64,000 nucleotides of DNA from Eledone cirrhosa (lineage: Eukaryota). This document shows, in pieces, positions 1-15,886 of the stretch. A model generated the notes under the pieces. The model worked only from the letters and a program-made list of their open reading frames with translations. It was not told the DNA's origin and did no database searches. The translations under genes were made by a program, and so were the position numbers. How positions within the stretch are numbered: position 1 is the stretch's first letter; the number at the start of each line of letters is the position of its first letter. The DNA lies in NCBI GenBank assembly GCA_964016885.1, contig OZ024747.1:23498001-23562000 (forward strand). The letters run 5' to 3'.

Positions 1-111
1 AACGATATACCGGAAGTGCAACTTTGAAAAGAAGTCAATTTTAAATTATTTATTTTTACGAAACTATTTTTGTTTACGAAATTTAGTAGATAAATTATGT
101 AATATTCATTC

Positions 112-296
112 TTGGCAGTATCGGTAGAGGGTCGGACGCCATGCTTTGACGTATAGAGTTACGGCCCTTGCCATTCTGAGTTCAAATCCCGCCGAGATTA
201 ACTTTGCCTTTCATCCTTACGGGGTCGATAAAATAAAGTACCAGTAATACACTGGATTAAATTGCTGGCCTTGTGCCAAAAGTAGAAACAATTATT
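112..296 (+). mobile_element. tRNA-derived SINE
   Basis: B-box-like GAGTTCAAATCCC at ~178-190, then GCCTTTCATCCTTACGGGGTCGATAAAATAAAGTACCAG (resembles the Meta-SINE central domain) and tail TGCTGGCCTTGTGCCAAAAGTAGAAACAATTA; several more copies in the window. Confidence 0.8.
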
Positions 297-404
297 TATT
301 CAAAGTAATCCAACTTATTTTACTAACGGTATAAAAAAAAAATAAACCGTACGCACTCCCGCAGACCTTCCTTTATTATGGTTTATATATATATATATAA
401 TAAT

Positions 405-592
405 AATAATAATTGTTTCTACTTTTGGCACAAGGCCAGCAAATATCCCAGTGTATTAATGGTACTTTATTTTATCGACCCCGTAAGGATGAAAGGCAAA
501 GTTAACCTCGGCGGGATTTGAACTCAGACCATAAAGGGCCGTAACTCTTTGCTGCAAAGCATGGCGTCCGACCCTCTACCGATACTGCCAAT
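405..592 (-). mobile_element. tRNA-derived SINE, same family, inverted relative to 112-296
   Basis: Reverse complement aligns along its length with 112-296; ends in a (TAA)n/(TA)n run. Confidence 0.8.
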
Positions 593-649
593 CCAAATAA
601 TAAAATGTGGAGAGGAAGTACACGAGTTAGGATATATATATATATATAT

Positions 650-1851
650 ATGAAAACAGGGAGAAAGAGACGATTATTAGGAAGAAAAATTTTTTTTTTC
701 CTTTTTTGTTTCTCTCTCTCTTTTTTCTGGGTTAGAAAATTATTAAAACGAAATGTTTTACTTTGTGTGAAGGGTTAAGGTATGAGTTGATTTATTTATT
801 ATTTAACAATGGCATTTATTTATCTATTTATATATTTAATAATTGTCTATTACCGGTTTCAGCATTTTTATGCATTATCAAATGATAGTGAAATGTATTA
901 GAGTGGTGTCACACATGTTAAAGAGAAGGTGCAGAAAGAATAATGTTATTTACAAACAAGGTTTATGAAGTGAAAAGAAAAAAGAAGAAAAAAATGGGTA
1001 TAATGTAGAGCATAAAAAGTCAATGTGAAAGAAAAATAATGTTATTTACAGGCACAGTTATTGAAGTTAAGCAGATCAAAATGTGTTAATATAGCAAGAG
1101 CGCTTAGTTGATCCATAATTCCATGATGGAGGCAAATGGTGGACTGAGGTTTGATATGATTTCCCTTTTTAGAGAGTTAATATGCAGGGGGAAGCAATTC
1201 TTGCTGGATGATATTTAATTTATTTAAGAAAAAGGATTAGGTAGGGTGTGAGGGAGGTAACTCTTGTAAATGTTTGATTTTTTGTTGCAGTTTTAGATAA
1301 ATTAAATATCATCCAGCAAGAATTGCTTCCCCCTGCATATTAACTCTCTATAAAGGGAAATCATATCAAACCTCAGTCCACCATTTGCCTCCATCATGGA
1401 TCAACTAAGCGCTCTTGCTATATTAACACATTTTGATCTGCTTAACTTCAATAACTATGCCTGTAAATAACATTATTTTTTCTTCCACATTGACTTTTTA
1501 TGCTCTACATTATGCCCGTTCTCTTTTTCTTTTTACTTCATAAACCTTGTTTGTAAATAACATTATTCTTTCTGCACCTTCTCTTTAACATGTGTGACAC
1601 CACACTAATACATTTCGCTATCATTTGATAATGCATAAAAATGCTGAAACCGGTAATAGACAATTATTAAATATATAAATAGATAAATAAATGCCATTGT
1701 TAAATAATAAATAAATCAACTCATACCTTAACCCTTCACACAAAGTAAAACATTTCGTTTTAATCATTTTCTAACCCAGAAATAAGAGAAACAAAAAAGA
1801 AAAAAAATTTTTTTCTTCCTAATAATCGTCCCTTTCTCCCTGTTTTCATAT
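650..1851. repeat. ~570 bp-arm inverted repeat between (TA)n runs; probable Penelope-like inverted pLTR relic
   Basis: 651-1227 is the reverse complement of ~1293-1850 with scattered differences, spacer ~65 bp; degenerate hammerhead-like TTGATAA-tGCATaaaaATGCt-GAAACCGGTA at ~1625-1655, mirrored at ~850-881. Confidence 0.7.
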
Positions 1852-2143
1852 ATATATATATGCTGTGATAGTTTGGTGTTTCATTTTGTTATCATCAATT
1901 TCTAAATAAATGTATGTTGTATTGTGGGTTAATTAAAGACTTGTATTTTACTTTAATACTTATTAAACACTTGGATTCTTGAAATAAACTATTCTTATTT
2001 TATTTTGTTGTTTTCTTTAATAATCTCTCTCAATTCTTAACGTCCTGTAATAATTTAGCAGAAAATATCACCTGAAGTTGTGAAGTAAACAGTTAAGTAT
2101 GTTACTCCATGCCCAAGAAATAATAGTAAATTCTATGAGCAAA

Positions 2144-2312
2144 GGTGCAGACATGGTTGTGTGGCTAAATGGTTCACTTTGCAGCCACGTGGTTTCGGGT
2201 CCACTTCCTCTGCCTGACACCTTAGGCAAGTCTTTTTTTTTATAGCCTCTGATTAACCAATACCTTGTGGGTGAAATTTAGTAGGATATTACGGAAGGGT
2301 GTGATGTGTATG
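2144..2312 (+). mobile_element. Old, diverged tRNA-derived SINE (second family)
   Basis: Decayed A/B boxes (ATGGTTGTGTGG...GGGTCCACTTCC), CORE-like ACCTTAGGCAAGTC, ends in TG/TA-type repeats. Confidence 0.5.
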
Positions 2313-2642
2313 TGTGCAGTCCCGGATTTATCATTGTGCTTAGGTGTGCTAAAGCACAGGGCTTTGTTGGGCAGGATGGGGTGGGGTGGGGGCATCTTCC
2401 ACAATATGTCAATAACAATCAACTTAAAACAAACCTGTCCAGACAAAGATATTCTTTTGAAACACTTCAACATAAACAAATCAGTAATAACACAGGAACA
2501 AACAGAAATGATAATATAGTCAAAGATTGATGTGGGTTATATTACAAACCGTTTGTTTTAAGAAAACTCTACACTACTTCTTTCTAATAATTCTTTTATG
2601 GCGATTTACGTTAAAGGCCTCTTATGATATTGTATGTATGTA

Positions 2643-2840
2643 CGAGGGTCGACTGAAATGTTTATAGGTTGACCAAGATACTTTCATAAAATGATCAAAT
2701 AAGGTTTATTTTTCAATATAGTCCTTGGAAAGAAACAATGGAGTTATTAATAAGAGGAGTTGCAATTAATACATGCAAGATTTCGCAACTCTAACATCAC
2801 TCCTTCAGCGTCAGCCAATTAACTTTTCAGCTTACCCTCG
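2643..2840. mobile_element. Tc1/mariner-type MITE
   Basis: Imperfect TIRs CGAGGGTCGACTGAAATGTT / AACTTTTCAGCTTACCCTCG with TA on both sides. Confidence 0.7.
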
Positions 2841-3019
2841 TATGTACGAATGTACCTGTAACTCCTGATGGAATTGTACGGGTGCAATGGTAATATGCGG
2901 CGTTTCTTAAGCATTTTAAACCTGGTTAACCCATCCCTCCACTGGGCCTGAACACAGCCGATCTCTTCCAGAGAGGGAGAATGATAGAAAGAAAGTGAGA
3001 AACAGATACTGAGGAAGAA

Positions 3020-3180
3020 TCGATCCCAGTGCAGGATTGCTACTTATTTTATCGACCTCGAAAGGATGAAAGGCAAAGTTGACTTCGGCGGGATTTGAGT
3101 TCTGAGAACTCAGGGAGCTGAAATGAATACTACAAAACATTTTATCCGACGTTCTAACGACTTTGCGAATTCGCCGCCTT
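3020..3180 (-). mobile_element. tRNA-derived SINE fragment
   Basis: TACTTATTTTATCGACCTCGAAAGGATGAAAGGCAAAGTTGACTTCGGCGGGATTTGA matches the family at 405-592. Confidence 0.7.
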
Positions 3181-3221
3181 CTATGATATTACTAATATTA
3201 GAATTAAAATCTGGTGTAATA

Positions 3222-3423
3222 TTGGTTTCTGATTTAGACACAGAGCCAACAATTCTGGGGGAAAGTCGATTAAATCGATCCCTGTGCATTACTGGTACTT
3301 TATTTTATCGACCCCGAAAGGATGAAAGGCAAAGCTAACTTCGACAGGATTTGAACTCAGATCGTAAAAGGGGCGTAACGCTGTGCCATAAAGCATGTCT
3401 GACGTTCTACCGATACTGCTAAT
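3222..3423 (-). mobile_element. tRNA-derived SINE
   Basis: Aligns with 405-592 from tail to tRNA head (GGATTTGAACTCAG ... CTACCGATACTGC). Confidence 0.75.
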
Positions 3424-3962
3424 CTGATGTAATATTGACCTGATGTAACATTAGCCGTCTGATACTGGCGAAAGTTTTAGCCGGTTCATCAGTAATGGAA
3501 GTCTATTGTTTCAAACATTAAAAGGAGAGAAGGAGGCGGGTTAATTAAAGAAAAAACTATGATATAAAATGGAAAAAACGCAACTGAGAAAAATCTACAT
3601 TACGGAAAAACCTGTGTCCGCAATGTCGGATTTGTTCATTCTTCACTCTAACCAAATCCATTGAATACAGAAAACGGGCGCATTGAAAAATTAATTTAAT
3701 GACATCTATTTACAGGACTGTGTAAGTGGTTAAGTATATTAAAATAGTAAGAAACATGTCTTAGACTTGTCTTTTTTTCTGTGGACCCAGGAAGAGGCTT
3801 GATGCTTCACAACATGAAATAAATTTCGTATTAGTGCATGTTTCTGTATTTAGGTAATTGTCCTTGAATATTACTTATATATATTTATCCCGGGTTCAAT
3901 CGAGGGCAAGGCACAGCAAGTAAGGTACTCAAGGCATAGCAGAGTATAAATATTTAATATAG

Positions 3963-4030
3963 AAATGGCTTCTACAGGACTAGAACTGAGGATTTCTCCC
4001 AAATAAAACAGTTCTAGTCCTGTAGAAGCC

Positions 4031-4034
<4 letters not shown>
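3963..4034. repeat. Perfect 26 bp inverted repeat (hairpin) next to a (TA)n run
   Basis: AAATGGCTTCTACAGGACTAGAACTG (3963-3988) / CAGTTCTAGTCCTGTAGAAGCCATTT (4009-4034). Confidence 0.85.
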
Positions 4035-4067
<33 letters not shown>

Positions 4068-4069
<2 letters not shown>

Positions 4070-4727
4070 CATAAACGAACTAAGGGAAAAATTAGAAATA
4101 AGAGGGATCAGATGTTGTTTACTCGAGAGAAGGCTACGTTGGTATGGTCACGTGATGCGCATGAAAGACGACAGCTGTATAAAAAAGTGCAGGGCAATAA
4201 AGATAGACGGTAGCCACGGAGTAGGCAGACCCAGAAAAACCTGGGACGACCTGATAAATTCCGACCTCACACACTTACACCTCTCCAAGACAATGTCACT
4301 GGACCGAGACCTTTGGCGGTACTCAGTAATAGAGAAGACCCGCCTTACCTAAATACATAGTAAAACCTACTACAGCCAGTAGGCATCTCTATCAAAACAC
4401 ACCCCCGTCCCACCACCTCCACCCCATCCACACCGCCCCTTTCAATGTAAAGTTACGTTGGTGCCACAACATCCAGCCCGAAACAAATGAGATCGTGTAG
4501 GTGTCACGACAAAACACACAGTCCACGCTGTAATGTGGCCGTGTAGGCAACACGGTAAAAACCTCCCAGCCCCACACTGTAAATGTGGTTGGTGTTAGGA
4601 AGGGCATCCAGCTGTAGAAAACCTGCCAGACAGTCCTATGCGAGCAAGACAACCACTCTTGCCTCAAGTGGGAAAACTCCCGTCCAAACCCATGCAAGCG
4701 TGGAACATGGACGTTAAACGATGATGA

Positions 4728-4732
<5 letters not shown>
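4068..4732 (+). mobile_element. 5'-truncated RTE-clade LINE (second family) with composite 3' UTR and (GAT)n tail
   Basis: Encodes [12 protein letters not shown]...GRPRKTW...DRDLWR, homologous to the C-terminus of the 43842-46907 ORF; flanked by (TA)n on both sides. Confidence 0.85.
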
Positions 4733-4776
<44 letters not shown>

Positions 4777-4825
4777 GAGTTTATTATTTTATAACAAATA
4801 TATAAAATTTGATAGAAGTACATGC

Positions 4826-5025
4826 TGGGAACCTCATAAATATAAAACACAAAAATATATATTCAAACTGAAAGAGAAAAAAAAACATCAATTCAACACC
4901 AAGTGCATCAATCGGTCACACAACACAAGGGTCAACGAAATTTTGAGGCAGGCCAACATCCTCGTAGCATTACCGTGGGTGGTGGCGAGGCTAAGGCGCT
5001 GAAACAACCCGCCACCTTCACGGTT
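4826..5025 (+). repeat. Unclassified dispersed repeat, copy 1
   Basis: Diverged reverse-complement match to 6151-6361 (e.g. GCATTACCG...TGGCGAGGCT...GCTGAAACAACC). Confidence 0.6.
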
Positions 5026-6150
5026 CTAACTGTATGAGGTAGAATGGAGCTGCAAATTTTGATAAAAGAGCTTATATCAAAATAAGTATATGTTGCGCTT
5101 TTATGCGTTTTTAAATGTAATACGTTAACAATGTGTGACATAAATGCATGAAATAAGAATGAAAATTGACCTTTTGGAATATATTTTTGTAAATAAATTT
5201 CCTATTTATCGAGGGAGAGAGAGAGAGAAGAGAAAATGTCTTATAGTCTTGTACTTTGGTACGGAATTAGAAACAATACCGTTTTGAATAATTTAATCAA
5301 TTCACTGCTCGAAGAGTTATTTCTTTTGGTGGCGGTCACGTGACATGTCTGACGACTTTCTTCAGGTTAATTCTTAAAGAAGTTTACGAAAACAAGAGCA
5401 GCAAACTAATCGTATAACCGTACTTATTCTCGAATGTGACTTTGAAACCCAGTAAACCAGGAAGACCGAGAATAAAAACTAAAGCTTGACGCGATAAGGC
5501 AACTATAAAGTTTATTAGAAATCATGTTTGTTTTGTCAAAACTGCGATCAAAGTATAGAAAGAAACAGTGCATTTACACAACCGTTGGCAAGAATCATAA
5601 AACTTTGATAGATCCTAATTTTATATGGAAAACTGGTATTCCAATACCAGGAAACAGTCCGATGATTATTCACCAAAAGAGTTACCGTTCGGTAAGTTTT
5701 ATCTTTTATAATCCAAGAGAATTTTCTATTTCGGTTATTTTGTTTGTATTTTCGTTCAAGATTTGTATGATTATATATATATATATATACACACCAGGAT
5801 TACCAGATATATGAACAATCATACAAAAAGGAAATTCACATTTTAAATAAATTAATGGTTTGCATTAGAGAGACCCTTTAATTTACGTTGATTACTGATA
5901 CGTGCAAGTGATTAAATATAAGATTGATAATTTAATAATTTATTTCTTGTTCGAGGAGGAGTGGACCAACCCCTCGCTCAAGTTTAACTATCGCTTCTCG
6001 TATCGATACCAAGTGAAGCTTGATACTCAGAAGAGGATCATCTCTACCTTGGTGTGAGTTTACTGGGTACCAAATGACCATAATTAAGATATATACTTGA
6101 TATATATAATTACATTGTTAGCAGCTCTCCTTATCTAGGTTTTCGATGAT

Positions 6151-6361
6151 GCCCGTGAGGGTGCCTGGTTGTTTCAGCATCTAAGCCTCGCCATCACCAG
6201 CGGTAATGCTGCGAGCGTGTTGGCTTGCCTCGAAATTTTTCGTTGACTCTAGTAATGTGCGGCCAATTGTCGCACTTGGTGGTGAACTGATGGTTGTTTT
6301 TGTTTGTTTGCTCGCCTTTTCTTTTATCATGTATTTTTGTGCCTTATATTTGTGAGGTGCC
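6151..6361 (-). repeat. Unclassified dispersed repeat, copy 2
   Basis: GGTTGTTTCAGC...AGCCTCGCCA...CGGTAATGC matches 4826-5025 in reverse. Confidence 0.6.
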
Positions 6362-6600
6362 TAGAAATAATTAATTGTATTTATTATGTGTTTAAAAAAA
6401 TTACAGAAATGTTCCGTATAGATGTATAAATGACCTACTGGATTAGATATATGAATAACTTGGAAAAAATAACTATTTACTGAGACAAATATAGGGTTAG
6501 AACCCGGGACCTTGTGATTGAAATGCAGACATTGTTGCAACACGACTGATATAGGAAATGCGTTGAGTATAGAAATTTTAGTCTTACGGATATATATATA

Positions 6601-6674
6601 CAGGATGTCCCAAAAAATGTATACAAACTTCAACAGCGTTCTAATGAATATGTGAATACATTTTGGGACTCCCT
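6601..6674. mobile_element. ~75 bp Tc1/mariner MITE
   Basis: TIR CAGGATGTCCCAAAA / TTTTGGGACTCCCTG in a TA context; second copy at 7310-7386. Confidence 0.7.
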
Positions 6675-6819
6675 GTGTATACATGGTGGCGAAAAGGTCG
6701 CGCACTAGTAAAAAAAACACTTTGCCATAGCATCTTCATATTTGATATTTGTGTAAGTAAATGTGATATATGTTAATAAAATCAAGGGTGTGCGTGCCTT
6801 TTGAGTCACCCTGTATAAT

Positions 6820-6930
6820 TGTTTCTACTTTTGGCACAAGGCCAGCAATTATCTCAGTGCATTACTGGTACTTTATTTTATCGACCCCCCCCCCCCGTAA
6901 GGATTAAAGGCAAAGTTAACCTCGGCGGGA
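6820..6930 (-). mobile_element. 5'-truncated SINE with 20 bp target-site duplication
   Basis: TTTGAGTCACCCTGTATAAT at 6800-6819 and 6931-6950 brackets the 3' part of the 405-592 family. Confidence 0.85.
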
Positions 6931-7263
6931 TTTGAGTCACCCTGTATAATGTTTATGCATAGCATGTGTACACATATCACGAGTATTCATCGACCTTTGT
7001 ACAATTATTAAATAAGCCTACACAATTTTATTCACTCGTGGGAGGTGAGAAGAAAATTCTAACATGTGAACCAAGACACTCACTTTTCTTTCTGGCGAAG
7101 TGTTCAATTTTATTCACTTATCTACACACAGGGCTATTCCAATTTGCGGATTTAATTGAATTGATTTCATGTTGGACAGACCATCGCTAACTTCTACAAA
7201 CTCTAAACATTGTCTTCCGAAAAACCAACTAATGCTTACTGCCTTTATTGTAGTTATAGACAA

Positions 7264-7309
<46 letters not shown>

Positions 7310-7311
<2 letters not shown>

Positions 7312-7383
7312 GGGTGTCGCCAAAAAGGTATACACACTTCAACAGCATTCTAATAAATATGTGTATATATTTTGGGGGGCACC

Positions 7384-7386
<3 letters not shown>
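7310..7386. mobile_element. ~77 bp Tc1/mariner MITE, copy 2
   Basis: CAGGGTGTCGCCAAAA ... TTTTGGGGGGCACCCTG, same interior as 6601-6674, inside (TA)n. Confidence 0.7.
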
Positions 7387-10211
<2,825 letters not shown>

Positions 10212-10411
10212 NNNNNNNNNNNNNNNNNNNNNNNNNNNNNNNNNNNNNNNNNNNNNNNNNNNNNNNNNNNNNNNNNNNNNNNNNNNNNNNNNNNNNNNNN
10301 NNNNNNNNNNNNNNNNNNNNNNNNNNNNNNNNNNNNNNNNNNNNNNNNNNNNNNNNNNNNNNNNNNNNNNNNNNNNNNNNNNNNNNNNNNNNNNNNNNNN
10401 NNNNNNNNNNN
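10212..10411. other. Assembly gap (200 N)
   Basis: Run of N. Confidence 0.99.
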
Positions 10412-10597
10412 ATATTATATATTATATGTATATATATGTATATGTATATATGTATATGTATATATGTATATGTATATATGTATATGTATATATATTTATG
10501 TATATATGTATATGTATATATATTTATGTATATATGTATATGTATATATATTTATGTATATATATATGTGTATATGTATATATAAGTATATATTTAT

Positions 10598-10628
<31 letters not shown>

Positions 10629-10645
10629 ATGTATATATATTTATG

Positions 10646-11212
10646 TAAAATATTAAACAAATAATGAATAAAACAATGAAACAGTTCCTTATATTAAACA
10701 AAAAAAGTTCATTATTTAACGATCGTTTCTAGGATATATATGTGTTAGAATTGGCATGCATATTCAACAGATCTATGTACAACATTATACAAAATTATAC
10801 AAACTATCAAGATTAAATATACATACCAAACACACATATATGCCGTCTTCAGAAATAATCATTATTTCTGAAGACGGCGTATATATGTGTTGGTATGTAT
10901 ATTTAATCTTGATAGTTTGTATAATTTTGTATAATGTTGTACATAGATCTGTTGAATATGCATGCCAATTCTAACACATATATATCCTAGAAACGATCGT
11001 TAAATAATGAACTTTTTTTGTTTAATATAAGGAACTGTTTCATTGTTTTATTCATTATTTGTTTAATATTTTATCTTGACTCTGTATACCGTTTATCTTT
11101 CACCGAAAGTGATTTTTCATTACATCTCTTCTTTCCATGATATCCGGAATACATTGAGTTCTTCATACGGATTGGACACTACCGTAAACTCTTGGTAGAT
11201 TTATCTACATAT
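10646..11212. mobile_element. Palindromic Penelope-like pLTR remnant (relative of the 15829-20826 element)
   Basis: 10646-10859 and 10861-11073 are near-perfect reverse complements; both are homologous to pLTR 15829-16028; 11074-11212 matches the reverse of 20306-20445. Confidence 0.85.
10859..11010 (+). ncRNA. Type I hammerhead ribozyme with long stem II
   Basis: Stem I TCATTATTT/AAATAATGA, CTGAAGA 10868-10874, GAAA 10990-10993, palindromic stem III ACGATCGT, triplet GUU; mirror copy on the - strand at 10709-10861. Confidence 0.7.
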
Positions 11213-11604
11213 ATTTATGTATTATATATATATATGTTAATATATATATGTATATATATATTTATGTATATATATATTTATGTATATATATATATGTATA
11301 TATATATATGTATATATATATATTGTATATATATATATGTATATATATATGTATATATATATATGTATATATATATATGTATATATATATGTATATATAT
11401 ATATGTATATATATATTGTATATATATATATGTATATATATATGTATATATATATATGTATATATATATGTATATATATATATGTATATATATATGTATA
11501 TATATATATGTATATATATAGTATATATATATATGTATATATATATGTATATATATATATGTATATATATATTGTATATTATATATATGTATATATGTTA
11601 TATA
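11213..11604. repeat. (TA)nTG microsatellite
   Basis: Direct reading. Confidence 0.95.
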
Positions 11605-14283
11605 TGGTGGGGTTGCTCTGTATATCCGTGAAGATGTCACACCAATTGTTCTGCTGACACATTCAAAACTCAGTCTGTGACACACTGATATACATATGAA
11701 GCAACTACAGACGGTAATATGTGTCACATATCGGCCGCCCGATGCCCCCAGTCATGAGGGTAAATTTGAGGATAGCCTAAGTAGGATAGAAGAGGTCCTT
11801 GACAAACTGGACCAGGGTCTCAACATCCTACTGCTGGGAGACTTCAACCTACCAAAGGTCAAATGGCCTGAGGCCACCTCCTCCCTGGAATGACGTCAAT
11901 AGAACAGAGACAGACGGAATCCCTGCTGGCCCTCACACACAGGCTGTTCATGGAGCAAGCAATACTCCTCCCAACAAGAGGCGAAAATGTCCTGGACCTC
12001 TGTTTTACAAACAACGAAGTGCTCATCCACAATGTAAAGGTGACACCAACAATTCTCTCGGATCATAACTTGGTAGAGCTAATGATATGTGGTCCAAGAG
12101 AACCAACAGAGACAAAACCACCAAGAAGCTCCGGGACGCTATCCAGCCTTAACTTCTACGGGGCTGACTGGAAGAAGATTAAGAGTGAAATCCGGAAGCA
12201 AACATGGAGTGCAAACATCGCCACACAAGACACTAACACACAATTTCAACACTTCATGACAACGATACACACCATATGCAAAAAGTGTGTCCCGGAGAAA
12301 GAGGCAAACAGACACAAAAATCTTATTCCCAGAGATAGGAAAATCCTTATGAGACGTAGAACTAAACTCTCAAACCAGTTGAATAGTCAACAAAACCAAA
12401 ACAAGAAGGAATCCTATTTGAAACGTGCACTACTTGACACCGAGATTGCACTCAAAGCTTTCACATGAGAATGAGAGGGCAAGGAAAGAGAACAGGGCCA
12501 TAGAAAACATTAAAACAAACCCTAAGGCCTTCTTTAAATTTGCAAAAGAAACTGCCTCAGTACACTGCAAGATTGGACCACTCTTCCACACGGACGGTTC
12601 ATTAACCGAAAATCCCCAAGAGATATGTGAAATACTGAACGAACAGTACAAAAGTGTCTTCACATGTCCACTGAGGCACATGCAAATAACGAAGCCAGAG
12701 GAGTTCTTTGATGCCACAACACTACATCAAGAAATGGCAACCATCAACCACATAGACATAACGGAGGAGGATGTGGTGTACGCCATTGATGAAATTAGAA
12801 CAGACTCGGCTGCTGGACCTGATGGATTCCCAGCAGTTCTCCGAAAAAATATGTAAGCGGGCCTTAGCAACTCCACTGAAGATGCTCTTCAGAAGCTCCT
12901 TGGCTAGCGGTGTACTACCCGGGAGCTGAAAGAAGGCACAATATGCCCCTATCCAAAAAGGAGGTAGTAGAGCGGAGGCCAAGAACTATAGGCCAGTCTC
13001 CCTGACGTCGCATATCAGTAAGGTCATGGAGCGAGTCGTCAGAAAGAAACTAATCACTTTCCTCGAAGAAAATGACCGCCTGACTAGCACGCAACATGGC
13101 TTCCGCCCAGGAAGAAGCTGCCTTACACAGCTGCTACATCACTACGACTGGGTACTGAGACAGCTACTAGACAGCTCACATGTAGACGTGATATATCTTG
13201 ACTTTGCGAAGGCCTTTGACAAGGTCGACCACGGAATGATATGTCACAAACTACACGGACTCGGCATAAACTGGAAAAGTAGGTGAGTGGCTGCATGGCT
13301 TCCTGAGGGACAGAAGCCAGGCAGTCGCAGCAAATGGGGCCCTCTCGAGGGAAACACCGATAACAAGTGGGGTGCCTCAGGGGACAGTCCTGGGACCACT
13401 ACTGTTTTTGGTGGCTCTCTCGGACATGCCCTCTGTGGTGCATGCAACAACATCCCTCACTAGCTATGCTGATGACACTAAGGTAGCACAGGCAATCAAA
13501 AACCCGGCTGACGCTGCCCTCTTACAGCAGGATCTGGATGCCATATACAGATGGGCGGAAGAAAACAACATGCAGTTTAATGCTGGCAAATTCCAAGCCC
13601 TACAATACAAACCTGCAAAACACAAACACAAATATAGCGGAACACAGCTACACTGTGGAGGACTTTTGTCCTAAGCCGCCTGGACTACTGCTCCCAGCTG
13701 TGGTCACCCCATAGTGTCAAACTAACCACAGAGCTTGAGGCAATCCAGCGAAGCTACACCAAGAGGATTGCCAAGATGAGGGAGACAAGCTACTGGGAGA
13801 GGCTGAAGGAACTGAACCTCTACTCCTTGGAGCGAAGACGGGAGAGATACGCAGTGATCTACATGTGGAAAATCCTGGAGGGACTAGCACCAAACTTTGG
13901 CATTGGGAGCTGGACCAACCGTCGAACAGGACGTCACTGTGTGGTGCCAAAGGTCCCGTCTTCCACATCTAGAATAAGGAGCAGGTATTGCAATAGCCTG
14001 GGATTCAAGGGCCCTCAACTCTTCAACAGGCTGCCGAGGCATCTGCGAGACTTGCATGACGTGGAGGTGGATGTCTTTAAGAAACATCTCGACACCTTGT
14101 TATCCAGGATCCCGGATGAGCCCACAGCAAGACACGAGGGAAACCTAAGGGCAGCAGCAACAAACTCCCTCCTACACCAGTGGCCAACCTATACAGGCTG
14201 GAGATAAAATGTGTAGCAACAAGGGCGGTGCCCCAGCATGGCCTCAGCCGGATGGCTGAAACAGGTAAAAGAGTAAAAGAGTA
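11605..14283 (+). mobile_element. CR1-group LINE, 5'-truncated, frameshifted (APE + RT)
   Basis: ORF pieces carry [40 protein letters not shown]; near identical to 57426-60241; (GTAAAAGA)n tail; many 1 bp indels and a ~176 bp deletion at ~13653. Confidence 0.92.
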
Positions 14284-15831
<1,548 letters not shown>

Positions 15832-15886
15832 AAATATTAAAAAAATAATGAATAAACATAGAAACAGTTCCTTATATTAAAAAAAT

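Noticed and set aside
10-17. CCGGAAGT ETS-like motif as a promoter
   Set aside because: Single 8-mer at the window edge with no supporting context
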